Positions 1 through 12,509 of a stretch of 64,000 nucleotides of DNA are shown here, in pieces (the stretch's first letter is position 1; each line of letters begins with the position of its first letter). Where the stretch lies: the NCBI GenBank assembly GCA_963784345.1, contig CAWARE010000015.1, positions 763 through 64,762 of the forward strand, in the 5' to 3' direction. The position numbers and the translations under genes were made by a program. Source of the stretch: an uncultured Actinomycetota bacterium (lineage in GTDB: Bacteria > Actinomycetota > Actinomycetes > Propionibacteriales > Propionibacteriaceae). Below the pieces are notes generated by a model. It was not told the origin of the DNA. It did no database searches and saw only the letters and a list, made by a program, of their open reading frames with translations.

Positions 1-597
1 CGCGGCCAACGACTGCACGACGCCCTGGAGCAGGTGTGCGACCGGCTGCTCCGCTCGGGCGACCTCCCCGACTCCGGGGGCACCCCGGCCACCGTCCTGG
101 TGCACATCGACCTCGACGACCTGCTGAGCCGCACGGGCTCCGGGCAGCTCGACGACGGCACCGCGGTCTCGTTGTCCGGGGTCGCCGAGCTGCTCGACCA
201 GGCCGAGATCGCCTGGTGCCTGGAGGATGCGAAGGGTGCCGTGCTCGAGCTCGGTCGGTCCCGCCGCATCGCCAGCCCGGCCCAGACCCTGGCCCTGATC
301 GCCCGGGACGGAGGCTGCAGCTTCCCGGGCTGTGACGTGCCGCCCGCGTGGTGCGAGCGGCATCACGTCGTCCCCTGGCTCGCCGGCGGGAGGACCGACC
401 TCGACAACCTCACGCTGGTCTGCCGCTACCACCACCGCCAGTTCGAGCAACGCGGCTGGACCTGTCGGATCACTCCGGACCGGCTTCCGTCATGGGAACC
501 ACCGCGGTGGATCGACCGTGAGCAACGCCCGATCGTCCACCCACGGATCCTGCTGCGCCGTTGGACACCGCAAGACCCGCTGCCCGAGGCTGCCTAG
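1..597 (+). CDS. DUF222/HNH endonuclease-domain protein (13E12 repeat-like), 5' end outside window
   Basis: Frame open from base 1. LGRSRR..RDGGCSFPGC..WCERHHVVPW..GGRTDLDNLTLVCRYHH is the typical DUF222-HNH C-terminus. Confidence 0.9.
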   Translation, partial: RGQRLHDALEQVCDRLLRSGDLPDSGGTPATVLVHIDLDDLLSRTGSGQLDDGTAVSLSGVAELLDQAEIAWCLEDAKGAVLELGRSRRIASPAQTLALIARDGGCSFPGCDVPPAWCERHHVVPWLAGGRTDLDNLTLVCRYHHRQFEQRGWTCRITPDRLPSWEPPRWIDREQRPIVHPRILLRRWTPQDPLPEAA

Positions 598-710
598 CTC
601 AGTGTTCGGCAGGGGTAGGCCGGCGCGTCGATGCCGTCGCGCGCCGGCAGCCGGGGACTCACCATCACGATCGGATGAACGAGACTGCCTGCGGAGCCAG
701 GGCTGGCAGG

Positions 711-2256
711 ATGCTCGACGTGATCGAGAACGGCGCTCCTCTGTCAGAAGTCGATGTCAGCGAGTTCGTCGTCGACGGCGTGAGAGTTCTTCATTTCCCG
801 GATCGGACAGGTCATACCGAAGCCACGCTGATCTTCGGTGTCGGTGAACGGGATGAGACGTTGGCGACGATCGGTACGTTGCACGCTCTGGAGCACGCCG
901 TCATGAGCGGGGTGCGCAGAACCCCCATCGACATCAACGGCGCCGTCGGGGTCAGCACAACTCAGTTCACGGCTGTCGGCTCTGCCGACCTGGTGAGTGC
1001 GTTCCTGACCGGAGTGTGCAGGGGGCTGGCTTCCCCACCCGTGGACCGCCTGCGCGAGGAAGCGCGTGTGCTCGAGGCCGAGGGTGACGGCGAGGGCTTG
1101 CCCACTTCTCCGCCGGCGGCTGTCATTCGCTACGGCTTTCGCGGGCTCGGCGTCGTCGGCGGACCCGGGCCCGGGCCGACTGGTGTGCGGGCCGCTGAGG
1201 TGCGACGGATGGCCACGACCTGGTTCGTCGCCGCCAACGCATTGCTGGTCATCGAAGGTGAGTGCCCACAAGGGCTGCGACTGCCCTTGTCCGTCGGCCC
1301 GCGCCAGCTCGCTCCATGATCCTTCCCCGCCCGCTCGGTCACCCGGCGGTGGTAGCGGTGGACGGCCCGCCTGCGACCTGAACCTGATGGCACCGCCGAG
1401 CCGGCGGCACTGACCAGGCTCGCCATCACAGTCCTGGACGATCGTTTGACTGAGGTTCTCCGTCATGAGCGAGGACTGGTCTACAGCGTCGACATCTCGC
1501 CAGTCCGAGTGCCGGGAGGGTTCGACGTGACCGTTCGAACTGATCCCACACCTGGTCGGATCGGTGCATGCTTCCAGACCCTGGTGAGCACGGTTCGGAC
1601 CTTGATCGAGGACGGGCCCACACCCGAAGAGGTCGCGCATGCGAAGGCCGTGGTGGCGGAGTCTCTTCAGGGTCGCGGCGCAGCCGTCGGGCGTCTGGTT
1701 GAGTCTGCTGTCGAAACGATGATCGGTCTGCCTACCGGGTTGATCCGACTCGACGAGCTCGGGGACTACGGTCCGGACGACGTGTCCGCACACCTCCGTC
1801 GGTCCGGCGACAACCTGATCTACGTCGTGGACGAGGAGATCGACGTCGATCCGGCGTCGATGGGTCTGGAGGAGATCGAGGTGTCGCGGAGCACCGAAGG
1901 AGACCTGCCGCAGGCGAGTTGTTCCGTCCGCCGCTGATAGCTCGGGTCCTCAACCGGGACGCTCGGGCCTGCGGGTCGTCCTCACTCGAGACGGTCTCGC
2001 CAAGGGTTTCGGAGGCATGGTTCAGCAGCTGCACTGGGGAGACGTGGCCGGAGCCATGAAAGTCGAGGACGGCGACATCATGGTCTTCGGCGTGAACGGC
2101 CAGGCGATCCCTGTGGGCCCGACGTTGTTCAGGAACGGGCAGCGCCTGGTCGACGCGGTGCTGTCCAACGTTCCCGGTGACGTGATCTACGATGCCCCGC
2201 CGGACGTGGACGTCGCCATCGACGAGCCCGGCGCCTCCGCCTCGGCAGTGCGCTGA
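711..2256 (+). CDS. M16 (insulinase-like) zinc peptidase family protein, split by frameshifts
   Basis: Inverted zinc motif HALEH after FGVGERDE; later LRHERGLVYSV segment typical of M16 C-domains. Pieces: 711-1319, 1446-1937, 2017-2256. Confidence 0.65.
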
Positions 2257-2340
2257 CTGGCCTTCGGGCGGAACGGGACCGGCGACAAGGTCGGTCGGCA
2301 ATTCGGTGGAGTACCCGCTCGGTCCCGGCTAGCGTCCCGG

Positions 2341-3272
2341 GTGATCACCAGCACCCGCTCGCGTACCTCCTGGGCCTGGAAGGTCTGGCTCTGCTGCGCG
2401 CCTGGGGAGGTGACAGGACTTCGACGAGCAGTTCGTCCGCGAACGCTTCGCGGCGGTACGGGAACTGCTCGACGACACCGAGTTCACCTCCCACCCAGGC
2501 GTCCTGGTCGAGCGGGACGGGACGGAGTCGGCGTACGCACAGTGGGCAGCCAGCTACGACCAGGAGGACAACGGTCTGCTGGAGCTCGACCTGCCGTTGA
2601 TCGACGCCATCGTGGCCGACCTGCCCTGCGGGCGCGCGATCGACGCCGGCTGCGGCACCGGGCGGCTCGCGATCTGGCTGGCCGCCAGCGGTTCGGGTGA
2701 CCGGCATCGACGGATCCGCGGCCATGCTGGAACGAGCCCGGTCCCACGCCGCCGCCGGCTAGGACAGAGGTGAGTACCCGACCGCGCGGACGACCTCGAG
2801 TTCGTGGTCGGGGACCTCACGGACCTGCCCAGTCCCGGACGCCGAGGCCGACCTCGTGGTCACCGGTCTGGCCCTGACCCACGTCCGCGACCTCGCCGCG
2901 GTCTACGCCGAGTTCGCCCGGGTGCTGCGCCCCGGTGGTGACCTGGTCGTCGCCGACGTGCACGAGGACCTGGTCTTCCTGGGCTCGTCGGTGAAGGGCA
3001 TCGGTCCGCAGGGCCAGCCCCAGCTGGCCACGACCACCCGGCACTCGACAGCTGATCACCTGACGGCGGCGTTGTCCGCCGGGTTCTCCGTCCTCGGCTA
3101 CGAAGAGGCGCCCCGGCCGTCGCCGTCGCAGGAACCCCTGCCGGAACCTCGTCGGGAGATCGGCGAGTGGCGGCTGTGGCCGTGGACCCTGCTCGACGCG
3201 GACCCGGCGGCGACCCGGGTGACCTGGAACATCCCGTCGATCATGGTCTGGCACCTGCGGCGCGCCCGCTGA
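2341..3272 (+). CDS. class I SAM-dependent methyltransferase (frameshifted)
   Basis: Across frames: IDAGCGTGRL, GIDGSAAML, DLVVTGLALTHV..EFARVLRPGG. Confidence 0.8.
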
Positions 3273-3353
3273 GGGTGCGGACCCCGCGGCTAGCGTGGTG
3301 CCTCGCCGGGCGGGAATCCCGTCGCCCGGGCGAACACGAAAGGATACACCACC

Positions 3354-4479
3354 ATGACCATCATCGTCGTCGGCGCAGGCCTCGCGGGCGGGACCGCGGT
3401 CACCGTTTTCCGGGAGCACGGCTATGACGGGCGGTTGATCCTGTTCGGCGCGGAAGCCGACCCGCCGTACGAGCGGCCGCCGCTGTCCAAGGGCTACCTG
3501 CTCGGCAACGACCCGAGCGACGAAGCCTCGTGCACGAGCCGAGTGGTACGCGCGAGCACAACATCGACTTCCGACCGGCCCGACCGTCACCGCGCATCGA
3601 CCCGGCCGCCCACCAGGTCACTGCCGGCGGCGAGACGCTCGGCTACGACAAGCTGCTGCTGGCGACCGGGTCGACGCCGCGGACGTTCCGGCTGGCCGAG
3701 GAGTCCGGAAAGCCGACCGCCTACCTGCGCACCATCGAGGACAGCGACCGGCTGAAGGTCGCCTTCGCGGCGGGCGCCAGGTCGTCGTGGTCGGCGCCGG
3801 CTGGATCGGCCTGGAGGCGCGGCGGCGGCCCGCGACGCGGGCTGCGACGGTCACGGTCGTCGAGCAGGCGAGCTGCCGCTGGTCAGCGTACTGGGCCCGA
3901 GGTCGCTCAGGTGTACCGCGACCTGCACGCCGCACATGGCGTCGATCTTCCGTCTCGGGCGGCAACCGTCACGGGGCTGACGGAGCTGCGAGGAGACGCG
4001 GACCTCGTGGTGGTCGGCATCGGAGTCTCCCCGGCCGTCGAGGTGGCCGAGACCGCCGGTCTGGCCGTCGACAACGGCGTCCTGGCCGACGCGCAGCTGC
4101 GGACCTCGGATCCCGACGTCTAGCCTTCGGCGACGTGGCGACCATGATCACCCGAGCCTCGGCCGGCGGGTCCGGGTCGAGCACTGGGCGACCGCGCTCG
4201 AGCGGGGCAAGACGGCCGCCCACAACTGGCCGGTGGCACCGAGGCGTACGAGCGGTGCCCTACTTCTTCTCCGACCAGTACGACCTGGGCATGGAGTACA
4301 CCGGCTGGGTGGGCCCGGCGGGTACGACCGGGTGGACATCCGCGGCGATCCGACAGTGGCGGCGACCGGGGTCGTTCCGGGCGTTCTGGGTCCGGGACGG
4401 GGCCGTCGTCGCCGGGATGAACGTCAACGACTGGGACGCCTCCGACGTCATCCGGGAGAGCGTCGGCACCCGCCGCTGA
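3354..4479 (+). CDS. FAD/NAD(P)-dependent oxidoreductase, ferredoxin reductase-like (frameshifted)
   Basis: VVGAGLAG, PYERPPLSKGYL, YDKLLLATG, VGAGWIGLE, VPYFFSDQYD, AGMNVNDWD. Confidence 0.9.
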
Positions 4480-4494
4480 CCGGCCCGGGAACGG

Positions 4495-4521
4495 CGCCCC
4501 GGCGGAACAGCCGCCGGGGCG
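4495..4521 (+). terminator. GC-rich hairpin, possible intrinsic terminator
   Basis: CGCCCCGGCGG-AACAG-CCGCCGGGGCG, an 11-bp perfect stem 15 nt after the reductase stop. No U-tract, which is common in actinobacteria. Confidence 0.5.
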
Positions 4522-4672
4522 GGGCGGCCCGGACCCGGACAACACCCGGACAGCCGTCCGACGATGGGGTCGACCCCTTCGCAAGGCGTAGCAATTGTCC
4601 CTAGCATGGGCAGGTCGGGCCGCTGGCGGGGCGTTTCGGGTATCTGCGTCGTTCCTCGGTTCTCTTCGCTCC

Positions 4673-7563
4673 ATGGCCCGTCAGCCGACCGATCGAGAGT
4701 CGATGGACGATCTGCGCAGCGCCCCGGACCCGGTGATCTTCCTGGAGAAGGTCCGGCGTCCTGTGCTGCGCGGACTGGTCCGGGAACGCCTGGACCGACG
4801 GAACGCCGGCCTGCTCGGACCAGGGATGCTCTGTCTCGGTCGGGCTGGCGCCGCCCGGCTCGGGCAAGACGACGTTGCTCAGCCAGCTCGTCGAGCGCGT
4901 CGACCGTGCCGGCGGCCTGGTATCGGGTCGGGCCCGAGGACGCCGAGGAAGTCGCCCTGACCCGGCACCTCGGCCCACACGCTCGGCGCCGCGCTCGGCG
5001 AACCCGCGCTGATCGACGAGGCGGCCGCCGCGGGCCGGATCGCCGACCTGGTCCGGGCGCTCGACGACCGGCCGCGCAGACCGGTCCGGCTGGGGGTCGA
5101 CGACCTGCACGAGATCGCCGGGACGGCGGCCGAGGCGGCGCTGGAGCGCTTCCTCTCTGCGCCCGCGCGGGCTTCACGGTGCTGCTCGGGCGCGCCGCAC
5201 GCCGGCCATCAACACCTCCCGGCTGATGGCCTCCGGCGAGCTGGTCGAGATCGACGGGGACGACCTGCGCTTCCGCTCCTGGGAGGTCGAGGAGCTGTTC
5301 CGGACCGTCTACGACGAGCCGTCGTCCCCCGAGGCGGCGGCAGCCCTGACCAGGCGGACGGGCGGGTGGGCAGCGGGGCTGCAGCTGTTCCACCTGGCCA
5401 CCGCGGGCTGGGCCGTGCCGAGCGTGAGCGGCGGTCGCGGAGCTGGGTGGGCGGTCGCGGCTGATCCGCTCCTACCTGGCCCGCAACGTGCTCGCCGACC
5501 TGCCGCGCGAGCGAAGGGACTTCCTGCTGCTGACGGTGACTCTGGGCGTGCTCACCGGTGAGCTGTGCGACGAGCTGCTCGACGCCCGCGGAAGTGCCGG
5601 GGTGCTGGCCGAGCTCGAGCGAGAGCAGTTCTTCACGACCACCACCGACGGCGGCCTGACCTTCCGCTACCACCAGGTGCTGAGACCCACCTGGAGGTGC
5701 TGCTGGTCGACGAGCTCGGCGGGCGGGCGGCCGTGAGCTCTACGCGCGCAGCGGCGCAGGTGCTCGAGGAGGCCGGCCGACGGCAGCGGCGTCCGCGGCC
5801 TACGCCCGGGCCGAGGACTGGGGCGCGGTGGCCCGGCTGATGCGGCCGGACACCGCCACGGTCTGGGTGGCGACGACACGCTGTGGCGGATGCTGGCCCT
5901 GCCGGGGGCGCCGACCGACGACCCGGGACTGGTCCTGGCCGGCGCCCGCCGACTGGCGCGCGACGGTCAGGTGGACAAGGCGCTGGTCGCCTACCGCGAG
6001 GCCGAGCGACTGCTGGACGACCCGGCCTTCGGACGCCGGTGCGCCGCCGAACGACAGGCGGTCGGCGTCTGGTCACCACTCTCGCCGACGAGCGCCCTGC
6101 CGCCGCTGCCGCCGGGCGTCGACCCGGAGTCCGCCCTGCTGAGACTGTCGATCAAGTCCCGGCGACTGACCCGGGACGTGCGCCGACCGGACTCCTACGA
6201 CCGGGACTGGCTGCGGGTGCTGGCCCACCTGCTCGCCGGTGACCTGGTCGCCGCCGAGCGGCTCCTGGCCGGGTCCGGTGTCCCCAGCCCGGGCGCCGTC
6301 GGGTGGGAGGGGCTGGCGGCCGAGCTGGTCGGGTGCCTGGTCCGCGCGCTGCGGGCCGACGACGACCACCTGGTCGGGGAGATCGAGACGATCACCCTGA
6401 CCGCGGAGATGGACGGCTGGCCGTGGCTCGCACGGCTCGGTCGGTGTCTGCAGACGGTGGTGCAGCTGGACGGCCGCGTCGGCGGCATCGGGGCGCAGCG
6501 GCTGGCGGCGTGGACGGGCGGGTGGAGGCCGCGGCCGACCTGCTGCTGTCGCTACGGCACAGCGACGGCTGGTCGTCGTTGCTGGCCGCTGTCGGTGTCG
6601 CGCTCACCGCTCCCCGGGTCGGTGCCGACGCGCTGACCGCCGCCGCCAGGGCGGAGGCCGGGCGGTTGGCCGGCGGAGCTCGGGAGCCCCGCCCTGGCCC
6701 TGGTGATCGACCGGCTCAGCGGGGTCGCGGATCGGGAGCACGACCGGCCACCGGGCCTGCCGCGGGTTCCCGCTGCGCTCTCGGTGACGTCACCGGTCCG
6801 AGTTGCCGATCCGGGCGAACGGCCCGTGATCGAGCTGCGGTGTCTGGGCGCGTTCAGCCTGGAGGTCGACGGGACCAAGCTCGGCTGGCGGCTGCTGCGG
6901 CCGAAGGCGCGCTGCCTGCTCATGCTGTTGGCGTTGCACCACGGGCGTCCCGTGCACCGTCAGGTGATATCGAGGCGCTGTGGCCGGAGGCGACGCTGAC
7001 CTCGGGCGTCCGCAGCCTGCAGGTGGCGGTCTCCAGCCTCCGCCAGTGCCTGGCGGTCGGTGGGGTGTCGGCGACCCGATCCGGCGGCAGGGCGATGCGT
7101 ACGCGCTGGTGATGCCCGGAGCGGTGGTCGACGTCCTCGTGTTCGAGCGGACGATCGAGGAGGCCCGGCACCTCCCGCCGCCGGCGGCGTTGATGGCGCG
7201 CCGCAAGCCCTCGATCTCTACCAGGGCGAGCTCCTGACCGAGGTGGGACCGGCCGACTGGGTGGTCGAGGACCGCGACCGGCTGCGGTTGTCGGCGGCCG
7301 GTCTCGCCGCGACGGCCGCGGCGGACGCGTCCGCGCTGGCTGATCACGCCGCGGCGATCGACCTGGCCCGCCGGTCGGTGACGCTGGACGCCTGCCACGA
7401 CCCGGCCTGGCGGCTGCTGATCGCGACGTACGAGACGGTCGGCGACCTGAGCGCGGCTGCTGTGGCCCGGACCGACCACCGGCGGGTGTGGGACGACCTC
7501 GGGGTCGTCCTCCCGCCGCTGGAGGAGACGGTCCGCGGCGTCCGTCGGTCCGTGGTCCGCTAG
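4673..7563 (+). CDS. MalT-like STAND NTPase with winged HTH and BTAD (SARP-type) transcriptional regulator (frameshifted)
   Basis: Walker A APPGSGKTTLL; DDLHE; DLRFRSWEVEELF; TGGWAAGLQL; FRYHQ; C-terminal LRCLGAFSLEVDG, SLQVAVSSLR, LDLYQGELL..WVVEDRDRLR. Confidence 0.85.
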
Positions 7564-7582
7564 CGGATCCCGAGGACCCGCC

Positions 7583-9026
7583 TCAGCGGTAGGTCCAGGT
7601 CGGTGTGGTCAGCTCGTCGGCCTCCAGGTCGAGGCTGCTCAGCACCTCACCGTCGCTGACCCGGGTCAGCCACAGGTCCCAGGTGTCGCCCGCCTTGCCG
7701 AACGCCGACTTCCGGTTGGACGCGATCATCAGGTTCTTGCCGTCGGGGGACCACACGGGCTTGACGTCGGCGGCCTTGGTCTCGGCCACAGCGCGCTGTG
7801 CGGAGCCGTCGGCGTTCATCACGTACACGTCGGCGTTGCCTTCCGCCCCCCCGACCAGCCGTCGGAAGGCGATCTGGCTGCCGTCGGGAGACCAGGAGGC
7901 ATCGCCGTCGAGGCCCTTCGCGCCGGAGGTGATCTTCTTCGGGGAGCCGGTCCCGACCAGCGGCAGGGTGTAGAGGGATCCGCCGTCGCCGACCGAGGAA
8001 TCGCTGGCCCAGTAGAGAACCGTCTGACCGTCCGGGGAGATGGTCACGTCGTCGAACCGCTTCGATCCCGCATCGAGTCGACGGATCAGCCGTCCGTCGG
8101 TGTCGACCACCAGCATCCGGAAGCTGCCCTTGCTGATCCGGCAGCTGATCACCATCGTCGACGGGTCGACCTGGCTCCAGCGGCCCCGGCCACGTCGTCG
8201 CAACCGGCGGGCTCACGATCGGCCAGATCCCGTTCCCCGCTGCCGTCGGAGCCCATCACGTGCAGCGTGCCGTCCTCGAGGAACGCGATCGAGGTCCGGT
8301 CCTTCTGCAGCAGCGGGTTCGCCAGCTTTCCGTCCGGTCCGTCCAGCTTCTGCGGCCGCCCGCTCCGCCCGCGTCGACCAGGTAGAGGGGCCGCGTGTCC
8401 TCGTCGTCGTCGGCGGTCCGCATCGGCACCACGATCAGGTTCGGACCGAGCGCGGGTCCGGCCGGCAACGCGTCGGGCGCGGTCGAACCGCCGCTGCTCG
8501 TCGGTGTGGAAGACGGTGTGCCCGAGGGTGACCCGGACGGGGTGCTGGTCGGGGGAGAGGACGGAGTGGTCGACTCGGTGACCGGTGGCGCGCTCACCTG
8601 CCCGACCGGAGGGGTCGCGGTGGTGTCGGGTCGGACCAGCCAGAAGCCGATGCCGATGGCGGCCCCGATCAGGACGACGCCACCGACGATGGCCAGGATC
8701 AGGTTGCGGCGGGAGCCGAAGGGGCCGTCGCCACCGCTCTGGGGCGGGTAGCCGCCCGGACCGCCCGGGCCCCGTCCACCCGGGCCGTACGGCGGTACGG
8801 GCGGACCGCTGCGGGGTCCCGGGGGGCCTGGTCGCTGACCGGGAGCGCCGGGGCGCTGGCCGGGTCCAGGTGGCCGTTGTCCCTGCTGGTACGGGCCGTT
8901 CGGGGGTTGCGGTGGCGCGCTGGCGACCCAGCCACGGCCGAGGGCGGCGGGTGTGCCCAGCGGGAAGGCCAGGTCCGGCAGGGTTCGTGGCGTCGCGCGA
9001 CGCCCGCGGACCAGGTGCTCAGGCAT
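7583..9026 (-). CDS. membrane-anchored TolB-like (PD40) beta-propeller protein (frameshifted; start uncertain)
   Basis: Pro/Gly-rich N-terminus, TM LILAIVGGVVLIGAAIGIGFWLV, Thr/Ser/Pro linker, repeats TISPDGQ, SWSPDGSQIAF, VWSPDGK. Confidence 0.8.
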
Positions 9027-9158
9027 CGTCCGCTCCGTCGTCGCCAAGATGATCATGCACCAGCGGTGACCTCCACCCGGTGGGCGGTCGGGGATAGTCC
9101 TGATCGAACTGTGGCACGGCCGATCGCCCCTCGCCAGTCCGACCGGTGCAGATCTCGT

Positions 9159-9172
9159 TTCCCGATCGGGCA
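9159..9172. promoter_or_regulatory. island operator copy TTCCC-GATC-GGGCA
   Basis: One mismatch to TGCCC-N4-GGGCA; lies between divergent genes, 13 nt before TACGAT (-10-like, 9186-9191). Confidence 0.55.
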
Positions 9173-9239
9173 CCGGCCCCTGTCGTACGATGAGGTGGGC
9201 CTGTCGCGCACGTGGCGACGGCCACCGAGGGGATGGCCG

Positions 9240-11935
9240 ATGTCCACCACGCTGTCGATCCGCGAGATCTACGACGCTGCGCGCTCGGCCGGCTTCACCC
9301 CCCACCAGGCGGTGACCTGGACCGCGATCGCCATGGCCGAGTCAGGTGGTCGGACGGGCGCCCTGAACGACAACGGCGAGCACTCGGTCGGGTCTGTGGC
9401 AGATCAACGTGCGGGCGGACGCTTCGCGGGCCACCACCGTGGGTGATCTGGCCAGCCCGGAGGGCAACGCCCGGGCCGCCTACGCGATCAGCCTGCAGGG
9501 GCGGGACATGCGGCCCTGGACGACGACCCACGACCGCAACCGTGGGTCTCGGGGCGGGACTACCGGACCTACCTGGACAAGGTGGAGTCGGAGGAGCGGC
9601 GTGGCCGGCGACCGCGCGGGCGTGCGGGGCTACGGCTCGGCGATGCTCGCGCCGCTCGCCGACAGCCAGTACGACAAGATCGACGCGGGCGCACCGCTGA
9701 CGGGCTGCCCCGGGCGACACCCCCGACGACCCGGTCGGCGGCGGCGCGGCGTCGCGTGCCGCCACGGGTCCAGCCCCGACGGTGCCGGCCCGCACCCGCC
9801 GGCCCCGCGCAGTCCGACACCGACGCCGACGGGCTGACCGACGAGTTCGAGCGGTTGGCGGGCACCGACCCGACCACGATCGACAGCGACGGAGACGGAC
9901 TCTCCGACGCGTACGAGGCGATGTCCTCCCACACCGACCCGTTGCTGGCCGACACCGACCACGACGCGGCCACCGACGCCGCCGAGATCGCCCAGGGCGG
10001 GGACGCGGGCACGGTGCCGGGGTCGGCGTACGTCGTCGGTGAGGGGCTGTTCGCGGAGAACGTCCGGGGTGGGGCGAAGGACACCGACGCCGACGGTCTG
10101 TCGGACCACACCGAACGGCTGGTGGGCACCGATCCCGTCACGGCGGACAGCGACGCCGACGGTCTGTCGGATGCGTCCGAGGCCTCCCTGGGCACCGATC
10201 CCACCCTCACCGACTCCGACGTCGACGGCATCGCCGACGGTCTGGAGGTGAGCGCCGGCACTGATCCCCTGGGCCCGCGCGGCGGTCCGTTCGCACCGAC
10301 CCCGACGCCGGCCTGGACGCTGCAGCTAGCGGCCGAGACACGAGCCGCGGCCGCTCAGCAGGCGGCGACGGCGCAGACCGAGGCGGCAGCCCGGACGACA
10401 GCTGCTCCGGCCGACACGGCGACGCAGGACGCCTCGGCTGCGGAGCAGTCGGCTGCCCGACCGAGCGGGGCAGCCGAGGACAAGCTGTCGGTCTTCCTCG
10501 CCGCGGCCAAGGACCAGATCGGCGACCGCTACGTGTACGGCGCACCCCGCACGCCGACAGCGGCCGACCCGAAGACCTTCGACTGCTCCTCCTTCACCCA
10601 GTGGAGCGCCCGCCAGGCGGGGGTGAAGCTGGAGGGGACCGCGGAGTACCAGTACATGCAGCTGAAGCGGATGAACCACGACATCCCGGTCGAGCAGGCC
10701 CTGCGGACCAAGGGCGCGCTGCTGTTCTACTTCTCCAGCGAGCCCTCCGGCGGCCTGCCGGCCGGGCAGGCGCATGTCGCCATCAGCCTGGGGGACGGCA
10801 GGACGGTCGAGGCCAAGGGCACCAAGTACGGCGTGGGCGAGTGGTCGGCCAAGCACCGGTTCAACTTCGCCGCCACCGTGCCCGGCATCTCCGACGAGTC
10901 CGGTCTCAAGGCCCATCGCGCGGCGACCACCGCCCCCGCCGGAGCCGCCGACGACCCGGCCACGGTGGCGCCGACGACGGCCCACGGCGGGGCCGCGGCG
11001 GCCACCGGGGCAGGGATCTACGGCTCGACCGGTTCCGTCGACGGCGCTGACGAGGCACCGGCCGGCGTACGGGTGCCGGCTCCCGCCGGCACCGGCACCC
11101 AACCGGCTCCGGTGAACGGCTCCGCCCCCACCCCGGTGACCGGCACGGCGTCCGGCCCCGGTACGACGGTGATGGCCGGGACGAAGTTCCGGCCGGGACG
11201 TCCGCGAACGGGGCCGGCGGATCGACGGGCACCGCGGCGGCGTACCAGATCGATCCGGGGCGTCCGGTGGACCGGCTGCCCGGGGCGGGGGAGACCGATC
11301 CCGACAGCGACGCGGACGGGCTGACCGACGCGTTCGAGAAGCTGGCCGGCACCGATCCGACCAAGGCCGACAGCGACGCCGACGGTCTCTCCGACGGCCA
11401 CGAGGCGGTCGTCACCCACACGGACCCGCTGGCGGCCGACACCGACGACGACGGCGTGCCGGACGCCCAGGAGGTCTCGCTCGGCAGCGATGCGGGGCGG
11501 TTGCCCGGCGTGGCCGGGGTGATCGGGTCCGGGCGATTCGCCGAGAACGTCCGCCACGGTGTTGCCGACGAGGACGGCGACGGTCTGTCGGACCGCACCG
11601 AGCAGCTGGCCGGGACGAACGCGAAGCTCGCGGACAGCGACGGCGACCAGCTCGCCGACGCCGCGGAGGCGTCGCTGCGGACCGACCCGAACCGGGCCGA
11701 CAGCGATGGTGACGGTGTCTTCGACGGGATCGAGGTGCAGTTCGGGTCGGACCCGTTGAGTGCCGCGTCCAGCCTGGGGGCGAGTGCACCCGCCGACGGG
11801 CAGGACGGTCTCGGTGGCGATCTCGGTCAGGGTCTGGGACAGGAGCCGGGCACCGGGCTCGGCGGTGACGGTCTCGACGGCCCGCTCGGCAGCTCACCCC
11901 AGGGCGACGCGTCGGAGGCCCTCGATCTGGGCTAG
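9240..11935 (+). CDS. multidomain cell-wall hydrolase: lysozyme-like/transglycosylase domain, 6 DxDxDG Ca-binding (TSP3-like) repeats, NlpC/P60, 6 more repeats (frameshifted)
   Basis: AIAMAESGG..GLWQIN..PWTT; repeats DSDGDGLSD..E..GTDP; YVYGA..FDCSSFTQW..HVAISLGDGRTVEA (Cys-His-Glu). Confidence 0.85.
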
Positions 11936-12472
11936 CCGCCGTCGATCTGGATCCGGTGCAGCACGTGCGCCGGCTTCAGCTGGCTGACCAGCGCATCCAG
12001 CCGCTCGGCGTCGATCGGGGTCCTCCTCGGTCGACTCCACGATCACCAGGATCGCCGGCCGCTGCTCCCCCGGGAGGGCGGCGGTCGGGTCGGTGGACCA
12101 CGACGACGCCCCCGACTCCTGCACCTGGACGTCGATCCCCAGGGCGGCCTCCAGGGCCAGCTCGATCCCGCGGCGGGTGCCGCGGATGGCGTGCAGCTCA
12201 CCGGCCGAGGCCAGCAGCCTGCGTTGCAGGTCCAGGTCGCCGCCGGGGTCGACCTCCATCCCCAGCCAGTGGCCGAGCCACGGCAGCATGTCGTCCGGGG
12301 TGGTGGCCAGATCCAGGTAGGAGGCGAAGGCGTCCAGACTCATCAGCACCGGGGCGAGCACCTCGTCCAGCCCGGCGCAGAGCTGCTGCGCGAACGGGTC
12401 CTCGCGGAGCATGGTGGGCAGGGTCGGCGCCAGCGGCAAGGCGCTCAGCACCCCGTCGATCGTCCCTCTCAC
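11932..12472 (-). CDS. CIS baseplate wedge, phage P2 gpI-like tail protein (frameshift near 12020)
   Basis: LDEVLAPV..YLDLATTPDDMLPWLGHWLG..RGTRRGIELALE..KPAH; directly downstream of baseplate J. Confidence 0.85.
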
Positions 12473-12509
12473 CGGGCCACCCCGCTGCGGTGGCCAGGCC
12501 CGGCGCGCG

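Noticed and set aside
9813-11760. CRISPR-like or non-coding repeat array (gacgccgacgg units; also 43520-43710 and 45330-45520)
   Set aside because: The units are in-frame DxDxDG protein repeats with synonymous variation. No identical repeats with unique spacers and no cas genes.
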